This document shows positions 1 through 9,738 of a stretch of DNA of 28,790 nucleotides, piece after piece. The DNA lies in contig NW_021833477.1 in the NCBI RefSeq assembly GCF_006345805.1, positions 1 to 28,790 on the forward strand. Direction: 5' to 3'. Numbering within the stretch: position 1 is the stretch's first letter; every line of letters starts with the position of its first letter. The notes below the pieces were generated by a model. It did no database searches. It saw only the letters and a list, made by a program, of their open reading frames with translations, and was not told the origin of the DNA. Both the position numbers and the translations under genes were made by a program. This stretch comes from Octopus sinensis. Taxonomy: Eukaryota.

Positions 1-198
1 TTTGTTCAGAGACAAATCTTTCTTGTCGACGTCCAACTAGGGGTCCTATCCCACAGGTCTTCATCGACGGGCACGTCTTCAGTGGGCTCAAGAACGGCAG
101 AACTGGCAATATCAACAGTGGATGACTAGTCTTCTCTGACGAAAGTCGATATAGCATTTCTGTGGCAGATGGCAGAGCTAAGGTTTGGAGAAGAAGAG
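1..198 (+). mobile_element. Tc1/mariner transposase relic (frameshifted, cut by window edge)
   Basis: Reading across two frameshifts gives LSCRRPTRGPI..HRRARLQWAQERQNWQYQQWMT.VFSDESRYSISVADGRAKVWRRR. This matches the Tc1-family pattern HxxxRLxWA...W..VxFSDESRF...DGR..VWRR, which contains the first Asp of DD34E. Confidence 0.8.
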
Positions 199-199
199 A

Positions 200-480
200 C
201 AACAAAATATCCAGATAGACGATACAAGGAAAACAAGGACGGATCATTCGGAGTTTTCTATCCTCTGTCGAGTTCCAGATTATCTTTGCAATTTCGGCTG
301 GTTATACTCGAGATTGCTCCAATCTGGCCAGCCCCAAGGAAAAACTAAGCTTAGAGCATTAGATTCCTTGGAAGAAAGCAGCGAATGTATACAAAAACAA
401 GGACGGAAAAAAACAGAGAAATGTTATACAAATAGAATTAACAGGACATATCAACAGGTGTCTTTCGACTAAGGACGAAT
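200..480 (+). repeat. Interspersed repeat, unclassified; second copy in opposite orientation at ~2790-2990
   Basis: AATTTCGGCTGGTTATACTCGAGATTGCTCCAATCTGGCCAGCCCCAAGGAAAAACTAAGC...TGGAAGAA aligns by eye with the reverse complement of 2790-2900 (AATTTCGGCTGATTAATCTTGAGATTACTAGATCACGGCCAGCCCTCCAAGAAAAACTAAGC). Confidence 0.75.
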
Positions 481-589
481 TAAATTAAGCTGGTGTGTGT
501 GTGGTGTGGAAGGAAAGCCTTACAGCAGGGACGTTTATTGATTCGTTTTGCAAAAGCCCGTTGTATATATATATATATATATAATTAAA

Positions 590-844
590 ATCACAATAAG
601 GGTGAAAAAAATTGAATATTAATTAATAACATCAGTTTAAAACACCAAGTGGCCTAGCGTATAAAGGCTGTGATGCAGTAAAAATTATTAATACAAGTAA
701 TAAGAGAGAGACCACATGTGGTCACTCTAACGCTAGAAATAGATCCGCAAAGGGAATCCACCACTAAAGAATTGTTCTCAAGCATTAATTCAACACGCCA
801 AGAATGTAAGCGGGCAGGACAAATGAAAAATAACGAAAAAATGG
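590..844 (-). mobile_element. Diverged copy of the hammerhead-bearing element at 11.3-11.75 kb (3' portion only)
   Basis: The reverse complement shares ordered blocks with 11490-11750: TTTTCATyTGTCyTGCCCGC, GAGAACA(A)TTCTTT, GATCTAyTTCTAGC, TGACCACAT(A)GTGGT, yGCTAGGC, TTTTAAAyTGATrTT, AATTAATATT. Both copies end at a (TA)n tract. Confidence 0.7.
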
Positions 845-943
845 ATTAATGCTTGAGAACAATTCTTTAGTGGTGAATTCCCTTTGCGGATCTATTTCTA
901 GCGTTAGAGTAACCACATGTGGTCCCTCTCTTATTACTTGTAT
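691..943. repeat. 99-bp near-perfect inverted repeat (arms 691-789 and 845-943, 55-nt spacer)
   Basis: Direct comparison of arm 1 with the reverse complement of arm 2 gives 96/99 identity. The three differences are all transitions. Confidence 0.95.
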
Positions 944-989
944 ATATATATATATTATATATATAATATATATCTATATATATATATAC

Positions 990-1095
990 ACGACGGGCTT
1001 CTTTCAATTTCTGCTTGCCATATCCACTCACAAAGCTTTGGTCAGCCCGAGGCTATAAATGGAAAATACTTGCCGAAGGTAATACGCAAATGGGT
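990..1095 (-). mobile_element. Degenerate 5' half of the OK-like tRNA-derived SINE
   Basis: ACGACGGGCTTCTTTCA..TCCACTCACAAAGCTTTGGTC..CCCGAGGCTATA is the reverse complement of the family seen intact at 6286-6698. Confidence 0.75.
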
Positions 1096-1343
1096 CTTTG
1101 CATGTACAATTCCTAATATTAATTATAATAGGAGTGTTTGAACAACGAAATGCTTATAAGGGTCCACCCGAATGAAATGGGAATCAAACGGGTTCGCACT
1201 TATGTTCGAGGCTCCCCTCTCGTTGTGACGCGGTTTGGTGTCGTCTGCTAGCAATGTGGTGGGAGGGAGAGGGAAGCGGTAGAGCGCTGTGGCGGTGGTG
1301 TTGGTGGTAGTGATTAGTGGTAAGCTGCTGTCACTGACCTTGG

Positions 1344-1344
<1 letters not shown>

Positions 1345-1391
<47 letters not shown>

Positions 1392-1590
1392 GCATCATTC
1401 CTTCACGGTCTCTCTTTCGCGTTGCTCTTCTCTTTCACTCATTCCCTGTCACTTTCTCTCCCTCTTACTCTCCTTCTCTCCCTCTCTCTTTAATCCCTTT
1501 CTCTTGTCTCCTCCCACCATCACTCTCTTTCCCACTTTTCCTTTCTCTCCTCCTCCCCCTTTCTGTTCCTCCCCCTCTCCCCCCCCTCTC
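1345..1590. repeat. (CT)n / polypyrimidine tract
   Basis: Almost exclusively C and T on the + strand. Confidence 0.95.
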
Positions 1591-1695
1591 TTAATACTTC
1601 GACAACCTTGAAACAATTTTCTCCAGATGTCGTTTGTCAATGAAAGACGACAACAAAGGCAGCGGTTTGTAAACTTTGACCTCCTTCGGTGGACA
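1591..1695. repeat. Conserved core of a composite repeat; second copy at 6012-6132
   Basis: TTAATACTyCGACArCCTTGAAACAATTTTCTC..ATGTCGTTTGTCAATGAAAG...GTTTGTAAACTTTGACCTC..GGTGGACA occurs at both loci, each time directly after a CT tract. Confidence 0.85.
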
Positions 1696-1865
1696 TTATA
1701 GGACAGAGACAGGGGAAAGGCGGGGTGAGGGAGGAGGCTTGCTATTAGTAGCGGTGATGATGATGGGGGGGGGTTGAGGGTCGAATAGCCGGTAGTGGTG
1801 GGGAGTTGGCGTTTGTATAGCTGTTGGTGATGGTGATGGTGATGATTTTAGGACTGTTGATGGTA

Positions 1866-1983
1866 GCGGCTGTGTGGTAAGAGGGTTGCTTCCCAACCAC
1901 ATGGTTCCGGGTTCAGTCCCACTGTAGGGCAAGTGTCTTCCGCTATTGCTTCGGGTTGACCAAGACCTTGTGAATGGAAACTG

Positions 1984-1985
<2 letters not shown>
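1866..1985 (+). mobile_element. OK-like SINE, 5' half with internal deletions
   Basis: GGCTGTGTGGTAAG...CAACCACATGGTTCCGGGTTCAGTCCCACTG..GGGCAAGTGTCTT. Confidence 0.85.
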
Positions 1986-2039
<54 letters not shown>

Positions 2040-2110
2040 TGTGTATAACATATGTGTGTATGTTTGTGTGTATGTTTATGTGTGTGTATATATATGTGTG
2101 TGTATATATA

Positions 2111-2207
2111 GTGGCTGTGTGATAAAGTCTTCTGCTTTAGCCCCGAGCCAATCAAAACCTTGTGAGTGGATTTGGTAGACGGAAACTGAAAGAAGCCCGT
2201 CGTATAT
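2111..2207 (+). mobile_element. OK-like SINE, internally deleted 5' half
   Basis: GTGGCTGTGTG joined to AGTCTTCTG...CCTTGTGAGTGGATTTGGTAGACGGAAACTGAAAGAAGCCCGTCGTATAT. Confidence 0.85.
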
Positions 2208-2273
2208 TTAGTCACCATGATAGATCGTTAGCTACTACACACATTTTTTTCTCTCCTTGTTTTTTCTGTGTCC

Positions 2274-2309
2274 CTTTCTGTAGAAGAGCGTAGGCTCGAA
2301 ACGTAAAAG
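2274..2309 (+). ncRNA. Degenerate minimal type I hammerhead-like motif inside a probable Penelope-like repeat (~2213-2400)
   Basis: CTTT-CTGTAGA-A-GAGC(GTAG)GCTC-GAA-ACGT-A-AAAG. Stem I is 4 bp, stem II is 4 bp with a tetraloop, stem III is the palindrome ACGT and the cleavage triplet is GUA. The core deviates (A6 to U, plus an extra A after A9). Confidence 0.45.
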
Positions 2310-2714
2310 ACTTTTTCCATTCCTGAGCGTTATACTAATACATCTGTTTGTTTTGTACACCACCAGTCTTCGTCTTTTGTTTTTCTCGTAAACTCTCCCT
2401 ATATATATAAGGTTAGCTGAGTTAGAAGTTAAAATAACCGTCTAAGAGATAGAAGGATGCATTACACTACCGGTATATTGCCTATGTTTAACCATAGGCA
2501 TACATGTGCAAACATATTATGCTCATAAATTATAGGTAAAAACAACGATAAACATGAGTTTATCTAGAATCAAAATTTAAAGAAAACAGCAAATGGAGAA
2601 TTACTGATTAACAACAATTGACTTACATCAATTATTATTTATTAATTCAATGCAAATAGATTGCACCCCATCTAACAGCTGTTTCCGCTTCCAGTGTTAT
2701 ATGGTATTGCCATA

Positions 2715-2753
<39 letters not shown>

Positions 2754-3001
2754 TGTGTGTGTATATCTATGTCCTGGTGTTCGTATGCATTCGATCCTTC
2801 TTCCAGGAAATCTACGCTTCCAGCTTAGTTTTTCTTGGAGGGCTGGCCGTGATCTAGTAATCTCAAGATTAATCAGCCGAAATTACTACGATGATCCGGT
2901 TCTTGACTGAAGACTGAGGGGTTCGAATGTCCTGTCCATGTTTATTGTATCGTCTTCTATGAGTTATACGTTCTTGTCCATGTTGTATTTTTCTACATAC
3001 C

Positions 3002-3036
<35 letters not shown>

Positions 3037-3269
3037 TTTTTCTTTTTTTTTTTTCCCCGTCTGTCTTGATAGACAATGGGTTGCGCCAAGGGTGGGGCCT
3101 ACTTTGATGATGTGCAGCGTCTGCTGTGACTGAACAGTCCAATTCTAGAGTGACAGTCCTTGGTACAGTTGCTGCACACGAACATCGATGGGTACGTGTG
3201 GGGTGTTGCTGCATATATATAGTGTGTGTGTGTGTGTACATGTATTTATATCTGTGTGTGTTTGATATT

Positions 3270-3490
3270 GTATGTCTGTCTGTGACCCACCTATCTCCGC
3301 TTGACAACCGGTGTTGGTGTGTTTACGTTTCCGTAAATTAGCGGTATATCAAGAGAGACCGATAGAATAAATACCAAGCTTAAAAAATGAAAAGCAAAAC
3401 TAAACAAGAAAAAAAGAAAAAAATTCTAAAAAATATACAAGGCGTTGCCCCAGCATGGCCACAGTCTAATGACTGAAACTAGTAAAAGAA
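3270..3490 (+). mobile_element. OK-like SINE, 3' half (diverged)
   Basis: CGCTTGACAACCGGTGTTGGTGTGTTTACGT...GAGACCGATAGAATAA...CCAGCATGGCCACAGTCTAATGACTGAAAC. Confidence 0.85.
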
Positions 3491-3559
3491 AATCTAGCGA
3501 CGCTAATGAGTAGTGCATAAGTAGTGGCCACAGCGGCGGAGGCGGCACGGGCAGTAGAG

Positions 3560-4624
3560 GCGTCGGTGGTGGTGGTGGTAGTGGTGTGAGGTAGCGTATT
3601 GTCCAGGTGCTACTGATAGTGGCGTTGGTGCTGGTGATGGTAGCATTGTTGTTGTTGTTGTTGATTTTGCTGGCGCAGGTGGCGGCGGTGGTGGTGGTGA
3701 TGATAGTGTGTGTGTGTGTGTGTGTGGGATGGCTAGTGATGGTGGTGGTAGTGAGTGTTATAGTTGTTGATAGTGGCGGCGGTGGTGATGGTGGTGGTGC
3801 TACTGATTCTGGTGGGGTGTGGTAATAATTTTGAGGATGAAGGTGGTGGTAATAGAAATAGTTTTAGGGGTAGTTGTATTTGTGGTGGTGGCAGTGTTGT
3901 TGTTAGTAGTAGTTGTGGTGGTGGTGGTGAAAGTAGTAGTAGTGGTGATAGTGCTGATAGTGGTGGTAGCAGTAGTAGTAGTAATAGTAGTAGCAGCAGC
4001 AGGGGTGAGAGTGGTGAAAGTAGTAGTAGCAGAATTAGTAGTAGTAGTATTAGTGATGGTGGTGGTGATAGCAGTAGTAGTAGTAATAGCGGTGTGGGGT
4101 AGTAGTAGCAGCAGCAGCAGCAGCAGCAGGGGTTGAGGTGGTTGGTATGATGGGCTGATGGTGGTCACGTGTGCTGAAGGCGACTATGTTAAAGTGTAGT
4201 GGTCACGTGTGATTTTGTGGTGACGGACAGCAGTTGTGAGCTATGATGTGACAAGCATATAATCAGGCAGTCCGACCATGACCATCCCATTAGATCATGT
4301 GACTACAATATCCATTGGATATTGTTCTTTTGAAAACGAGTTGGGGAGATTTGGTCACTGTTTCAAGTTCAGATCATGTGACAAGATCGAGACAACCACG
4401 TGGGTTTATGTAGTGGTAGTAGTGTCGGTGGTGGTGGTTGTAGTGATTGTGGTTTTGGTGGTGGTGCTGCTGCTTCTGATGATGGTGGTGGTGCTGATAG
4501 TGGTGAAAGTAGTAGTAGTAGTAGTGGTGGTGAAAGTAGTAGTAGTAGTAGTGGTGGTGGTGAAAGTAGTAGTAGTAGTGGTGGTGGTGAAAGTAGTAGT
4601 AGTAGTAGTGGTGGTGGTGGTGAA

Positions 4625-4657
<33 letters not shown>

Positions 4658-4870
4658 GAAAGTAGTAGTAGTAGTAGTAGTGGTGGTGGTGAAAGTAGTA
4701 GTAGTAGTAGTAGTGGTGGTGGTGAAGTAGTAGTAGTAGTAGTGGTGGTGGTGAAAGTAGTAGTAGTAGTGGTGGTGGTGAAAGTAGTAGTAGTAGTGGT
4801 GGTGGTGAAAGTAGTAGTAGTTGTTGTAGCGATGATGGTTGTTGTGGCGTTGGTGTTGGTTGTAGTGGTA
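3560..4870. repeat. (GTG/GTA/GCA)n trinucleotide field with a higher-order unit (GGT)n-GAAA-(GTA)n at ~4495-4820, interrupted by ~240 bp of unique sequence at 4160-4400
   Basis: Visible directly in the sequence. It accounts for the poly-V/poly-T/poly-S ORFs in the track. Confidence 0.95.
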
Positions 4871-4879
4871 GTCATTCAT

Positions 4880-5205
4880 GGTGAAAGCACGTGGCTTAGT
4901 GGTTAGGGTATTAAGCTCACGAACGTAAGGTCCTAAGGTCAATTCCCAGCGATGCCTTCTGTCCTTGAGCAAGACACTTTATTTCACGTAGATCCAGTCC
5001 CTTCAGCTGGCAAAAATGATTTGTACCAGTAATTCAAAGGGGCCAACCTCGTCACACTCTGTGTCGAGCTGAATCTCCCTGAGAACTACATTAGGGGTAC
5101 ACGTGTCTGTGGAGTACTCAGCCAGTTGCACGTTAATTTCACAAGTAGGATTTTTCCATTCAACGGATCAACTGGAACCCTCGTCGTCGCAACCGACGGA
5201 AAACC
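4880..5205 (+). mobile_element. tRNA-derived SINE, separate family
   Basis: tRNA-like head (GTGGCTTAGTGGTTAGGG A-box, degenerate GGTCAATTCCC B-box) followed by GTCCTTGAGCAAGACACTTTAT, a typical post-tRNA SINE segment. Ends CCCTCGTCGTCGCAACCGACGG. Confidence 0.7.
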
Positions 5206-5280
5206 AGACTATGAGTGATAGTGGTGGGGGGTGGCGTAGTGTGGTAGTAGTTACAGGTATGGTACTATAACGCAGTCCTT

Positions 5281-6011
5281 GTTCTCCCCCTCTTTCCATA
5301 TCTTTCTCTCCCTCTTACTCTTGCTCTCTCTCTCCATCTCTCTCTCTTTCCTTATCTTTCCTTCCCTCTTACTCTTGCTCTCTCCCCCTCTCTCCTTCTC
5401 TCTCTCTCTTTCTCTCTAGCTCTCCTCCATCTCCCTTCCCGTTCTCTCCTTCTACCCCTCTTTCCCTCTCCCTCTTGTCATCATCTCTCTCTCCCATCCT
5501 CTTGCTCCCGCTCTCTTTCTCTCCCCCTCCTTCCAACCTACACCTCCCCCAGTCTCCCTCTTCCTTCTCTCTTTCTACCGCTCTCTCACCGTTTCTTTCT
5601 CTATCTTCTCCTTCCCCCTCCGACCCTCCGACGCTTTCTTTCTCTCTCTTCCACCCCGTCTCTCTTCCTCCTCTCTCTCTCTCCCCTCTCTCTCTCCCCC
5701 CTCTCTCTCCCCTCTCTCTTTCACTCCCTTCCCCCTCTCTCTCTTTCACTCCCTTCCCCCTTCTCTCTCTTTCACTCCCTCCCTCTCTCTCCCACCGACT
5801 ATCTCTTCCACCCCACTCTCTCGTCCTCCTCTCTCTCTTCCCCTCTCTCTTTCACTCCTTCCCCCTATCTTCATCCGACTCTATCATCCACTCTAGTCTC
5901 TCTTCCTCCTCTGTCTTCCCCCTCTTTCTTCCCCCTCTTTCTCTCTCTTCCTCCTCTCTCTCTTCCCCGTCTCTCTCTCTTTCACCCTTCCCCCTCCCTT
6001 CCCCCTTCTCT
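5281..6011. repeat. ~730-bp polypyrimidine/polypurine tract
   Basis: Overwhelmingly C/T on the + strand, with recurring CTCTCTCTTTCACTCC sub-units. Confidence 0.95.
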
Positions 6012-6185
6012 TTAATACTCCGACAGCCTTGAAACAATTTTCTCGCCATGTCGTTTGTCAATGAAAGGCGGTAAAACAAAACACCAACAGCCGGAGCAAA
6101 GGTTTGTAAACTTTGACCTCGTTTGGTGGACACTAACTAGACACTACGAGGGTGGGGATCGGGCCGTGGTGGTGTCGCTATAGAG

Positions 6186-6813
6186 CAGTGCTTTCCAAAC
6201 TTTTTGTTGGAGCGGAACCCCAAGGAAACATTCCACTGGCTCGAGGAATCCCTGTGCAATCATTTAATTGTCTTATGCACACATAGGCGCAGGAGTGGCT
6301 GTGTGGTAAGTAGCTTGCTAACCAACCACATGGTTCCGGGTTCATTCCCACTGCGTGGCATCTTGGACAAGTGTCTTCTGCTATAGCCCCGGGCCGACCA
6401 ATGCCTTGTGAGTGGATTTGGTAGACGGAAACTGAAAGAAGCCTGTCGTATATATGTGTATATGTGTGTGTGTGTGTTTGTGCGTCTGTGTTTGTCCCCC
6501 TAGCATTGCTTGACAACCGATGCTGGTGTGTTTACGTCCCCGTCACTTAGCTGTTCGGCAAAAAGAGACCGATAGAATAAGTACTGGGCTTACAACGAAT
6601 AAGTCCCGGGGTCGATTTGCTCGACTAAAGGCGGTGCTCCAGCATGGCCGCAGTATAATGACTGAAACAAGTAAAAAGAGTAAAAGAGTAAAAAGAGTAT
6701 ATCTGCACAGGAGAATGAAAAATTACTGCCAATTTTAGCAGTTTTGTAACGGAACCCCTGGACTGTACTGGCAGAACCCTAAGGTTCCGCGGAACCCTGA
6801 TTGAAAACCACTG
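6186..6813. mobile_element. Non-autonomous hAT (Charlie-like) DNA transposon/MITE with a nested SINE
   Basis: TIRs CAGTGCTTTCCAAAC and the reverse complement CAGTGGTTTTCAATC (12/15 match). Flanking 8-bp TSD CTATAGAG (6178-6185) / CTGTAGAG (6814-6821), 7/8 identical. Confidence 0.85.
6286..6698 (+). mobile_element. Full-length OK-like tRNA-derived SINE (inserted into the hAT MITE)
   Basis: GGCGCAGGAGTGGCTGTGTGGTAAG head, GGTTCATTCCC B-box, internal (TA)(TG) tract and (GTAAAAGA)n-type tail. At least 12 related copies or fragments occur in the window. Confidence 0.92.
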
Positions 6814-6963
6814 CTGTAGAGAGTAATGATGTTATTCTAGTTTTGGTGATGGTTGCGCTGGAGCTGATGAGATGTGGAACTTGTGGGGTTGGTAGTCTTC
6901 GAGTTTTTAACTCCAAGAAGGTGCAGATTCGTTTCCGAAGATGTACCTGGCATAAACATACAT

Positions 6964-7125
6964 GGGAGGGTGTGTGTGGTAAGTAGCTTGCTTATCAACC
7001 ACATGGTTCCGGGTTCAGTCCCACTGCGTGGCACTTTGGGCAATTGTCTTCTACTATAGCCTCGGGCCGACCAAAGCCTTGTGAGTGGATTTGGTAGACG
7101 GAAACTGAAAGAAGCCCATCATATA
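6964..7125 (+). mobile_element. OK-like SINE, 5' half
   Basis: Matches 6290-6450. Confidence 0.9.
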
Positions 7126-7139
7126 TATATATATAAATA

Positions 7140-7514
7140 GGCATAGGAGTGGCTGTGTGGTAAGTAGCTTGCTTATCAACCACATGGTTCCGGGTTCAGT
7201 CCCACTGCATGGCATCTTGGGCAAGTGTCTTCTGCTATAGCCCCGGGCCGACTAAAGCCTTGTCAGTGGATTTGGAAGACAGAAACTGAAAGAAGTCTGT
7301 CGTATATATATATATATATGTGTTTGTGTTTGTCCCCCAATATCGCTTGACAACCGATGTTGGTGTGTTTATATTCCTGTAACTTAGCGGTTCGGCAAAG
7401 AGACTGGTAGACTAAGTACTAGGCTTACAAAGAATAAGTTCTGAGGTCGATTTCTTCGTCTAAACGCGGTACTCCAGCAGGGCCGCTGTCAAATATCTAA
7501 AACAAGTAAAAGAA
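7140..7514 (+). mobile_element. Full-length OK-like SINE
   Basis: Matches 6286-6698 end to end. Confidence 0.92.
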
Positions 7515-7547
7515 TCAATATATATACATACATATATATATATATAT

Positions 7548-7706
7548 ACGTTCTGAGTTCAAATTCCGCCGTGGTCGACTTCACCTTTCGTCGATAAATT
7601 AAGTACCATTTGAGTACTGGAGTTGATGTGATCGACTGTCTCCCTCCTCCAAATTTCTAGCCTTGTGCCTATGGTAGAAAGGATTATCATTATTATTATT
7701 ATTATT
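7548..7706 (+). mobile_element. 3' part of another SINE family (GTCGATAAATTAAGTACCA core) with an (ATT)n tail
   Basis: GAGTTCAAATTCCGCC..GGTCGACT...GTCGATAAATTAAGTACCA..GATGTGATCGACT. The same family is present in reverse at 14712-14929. Confidence 0.75.
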
Positions 7707-8173
7707 TTATGTTTGACTTTTGCTTTATATTTGTACAAGTTGGCTCCAAGTCTCACCCAGAGACCTCAAGAGACAACAGGTTGAAGTTCATGTTGTTGTT
7801 ATGCCTAGTGTGCCATATATTTGGGTTTTTTGTTGGTGTTGTACTAGTGAATGTCTAAAAAAACATCCGAAAATTATGTTTGTTTTAAACCTTGAGATTA
7901 CATAGAAAGTATTTTGCGTATGATATGAGCAGTTCCCATGAGCACTATCTTTTGAATTTCTGCCATTTTGGGGTTTCCTGGTATCTGAGTTAGGTAGCAA
8001 TCACCCCCTTTCGCGATCATTCCCAGGGCATCTCTGACAACAGGTATTGTTTTAGTCTTTAGGTTCCACATTTTGCTGATTTCTATTTCAAGATCTTTAT
8101 ATTTGCTCAGTTTTTGGTAGGTCTTGACAGATACGTTTATATCGATTGGGACAGTCATATCAATAAGGAGGCA
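7707..8173 (-). mobile_element. 5'-truncated R4/Dong-clade non-LTR retrotransposon (restriction-like endonuclease C-terminus plus 3' UTR)
   Basis: CLLIDMTVPIDINVSVKTYQKLSKYKDLEIEISKMWNLKTKTIPVV.DALG...IQKIVLMGTAHIIRKILSM* (8173-7898) fits the R4/Dong/Rex6 RLE signature LID..P.D.N...K...K..KY.DL..EI...W. Flanked on both sides by (TAA)n. Confidence 0.85.
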
Positions 8174-8296
8174 TTATTATTATTATTATTATTATTATTA
8201 TGACGTACTTGCGCGTACTAATGCACATACATTTGATGATGATAATAATAATAATAATAATAATAATAGTAGTAATAATAATTATTACTATTATTA

Positions 8297-8669
8297 TTTT
8301 ACTTGTTTCAATCATTTGATTGCGGGCATGCTGGAGCACCGCCTTTAGTCGAACAAATCGACCCGAGGACGTATTTTTTGTAGGCCTAGCACTTGTTCTG
8401 TCAGTCTCATTTGTCGAACCGCTAAGTTACAGGTACGTAAGCACACCAACATCAGTTGTCAAGCGATGGTGGGGGTATAAACACAGACGAACAAATATAT
8501 ATACATATATACGACAGGCTTCTTTCAGTTTCCGTCTGCCAAATCCACCCACAGGGCTTTGATTTGCCCGAGTCTCTAGCAGAATGCACTTGCCCAAGGT
8601 GCCACGCAGTGGGACTGAACCCGGAACCATGTGGTTGGAGAGCAAGCTTCTTATCACACAGCCACGCCT
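8297..8669 (-). mobile_element. Full-length OK-like SINE (reverse)
   Basis: Reverse complement of the 6286-6698 family. Confidence 0.9.
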
Positions 8670-8901
8670 ATATTCTATATATAATTAGAAGAAAGAAAGC
8701 GATTAAAAACTCCCAGGCTGACATCAAGAAAGCGCTTAGTTTGAAAGGAATTTGGTAAACACTACCCAACGATCAGTCACCAATAAATGCAAGCAGAAAA
8801 CACGTCCAAGGTAATTCCTTATCAATCATAACTAGATTCAAATAACGTTCCGAAGAATTTCGAGATATTCAGAGATATTCAGACAACGAAGAATACGGAT
8901 A

Positions 8902-9056
8902 GGCGCAGGCGTGGCAAGTAGCTTGCTTACCAACCACATGCTTCCGGGTTCAGTCCCACTGCGTGGCGGCTTGGTCAAGTGTCTTCTACTATAGCCTCGG
9001 GCCAACCAAAGCCTTGTGTGTGGATCTGGTAGACGGAAACTGAAAGAAGCCCGTCG

Positions 9057-9058
<2 letters not shown>
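8902..9058 (+). mobile_element. OK-like SINE, 5' half
   Basis: GGCGCAGGCGTGGC..AAGTAGCTTGCTTACCAACCACATG...GAAAGAAGCCCGTCGTATA. Confidence 0.9.
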
Positions 9059-9084
<26 letters not shown>

Positions 9085-9087
<3 letters not shown>

Positions 9088-9240
9088 TTTATAGTTGATT
9101 TTTAACTAATTTTGAAATATCAGGAGTTTTCTCCCCTACTTGTTTTGACCAGAGTTAGTCATTTATAGTTGATTTTTTAACTGATTTTGAAGTATCAGGG
9201 GTTTTCTCCCCTACCTGTTTTGACCAGAGTTAGTCATTTA
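9085..9240. repeat. Tandem duplication of a 74/75-bp unit
   Basis: TCATTTATAGTTGATTTTT...TTTTGACCAGAGTTAG at 9085-9158 and 9159-9233, plus the start of a third copy. Confidence 0.95.
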
Positions 9241-9651
9241 GCTAATGAACGTTCTCCTCATTAAGCTAGGCTGTAATTAAGATAAATTAAATTTTCTTGG
9301 CTTACTACGTCCATTATGCTAGCGAAGTCTTCGCCTTTTTGTATTATAGTATGTCGTTAATTGTATCTTTGGTCAGCTGGCTGATAGCCAAGCAGGCCAG
9401 CAAGTCAGCGAGACAGACAGACAGACAGGTTGATAGTAGGACGAGGCTTGACCTTCACGAGACATAATGAAGTCCAGTGTTGGTGGTGTTGTTGTTGGTG
9501 TTGGTGGTGGTGGTGGTTTTAGTCGTGTTGGTGTTGATGGTTAAATATCACCGACATTAATTGTAGTTCTGACACACACTAGTTTTAACTATTACACTTA
9601 CCTGCACCTCCCACCTACCTGTTCATACACCCCGACTCGTCAACCACACAA

Positions 9652-9693
<42 letters not shown>

Positions 9694-9738
9694 CTATCTA
9701 TCTATATATAATATATATAATATATATATATATATATA

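Noticed and set aside
185-472. 95-aa plus-strand ORF
   Set aside because: It spans the junction of a Tc1 relic and a dispersed repeat that also occurs at 2790-2990, and no recognisable protein motif is present.
2665-2700. Third hammerhead on the minus strand (GAAACAGCTGTT palindromic stem III)
   Set aside because: Only the 3' half is present. No CUGANGA lies upstream before the (TA)n tract.
3607-6032. Long poly-V/T/S/L and E/R/G-rich ORFs
   Set aside because: Direct translations of trinucleotide and CT microsatellites, with no domain signal or splice support.
6860-6900. Other CTGAnGA hits (also ~136, ~26085, ~27290)
   Set aside because: None has a correctly placed GAAA, stem II and NUH.
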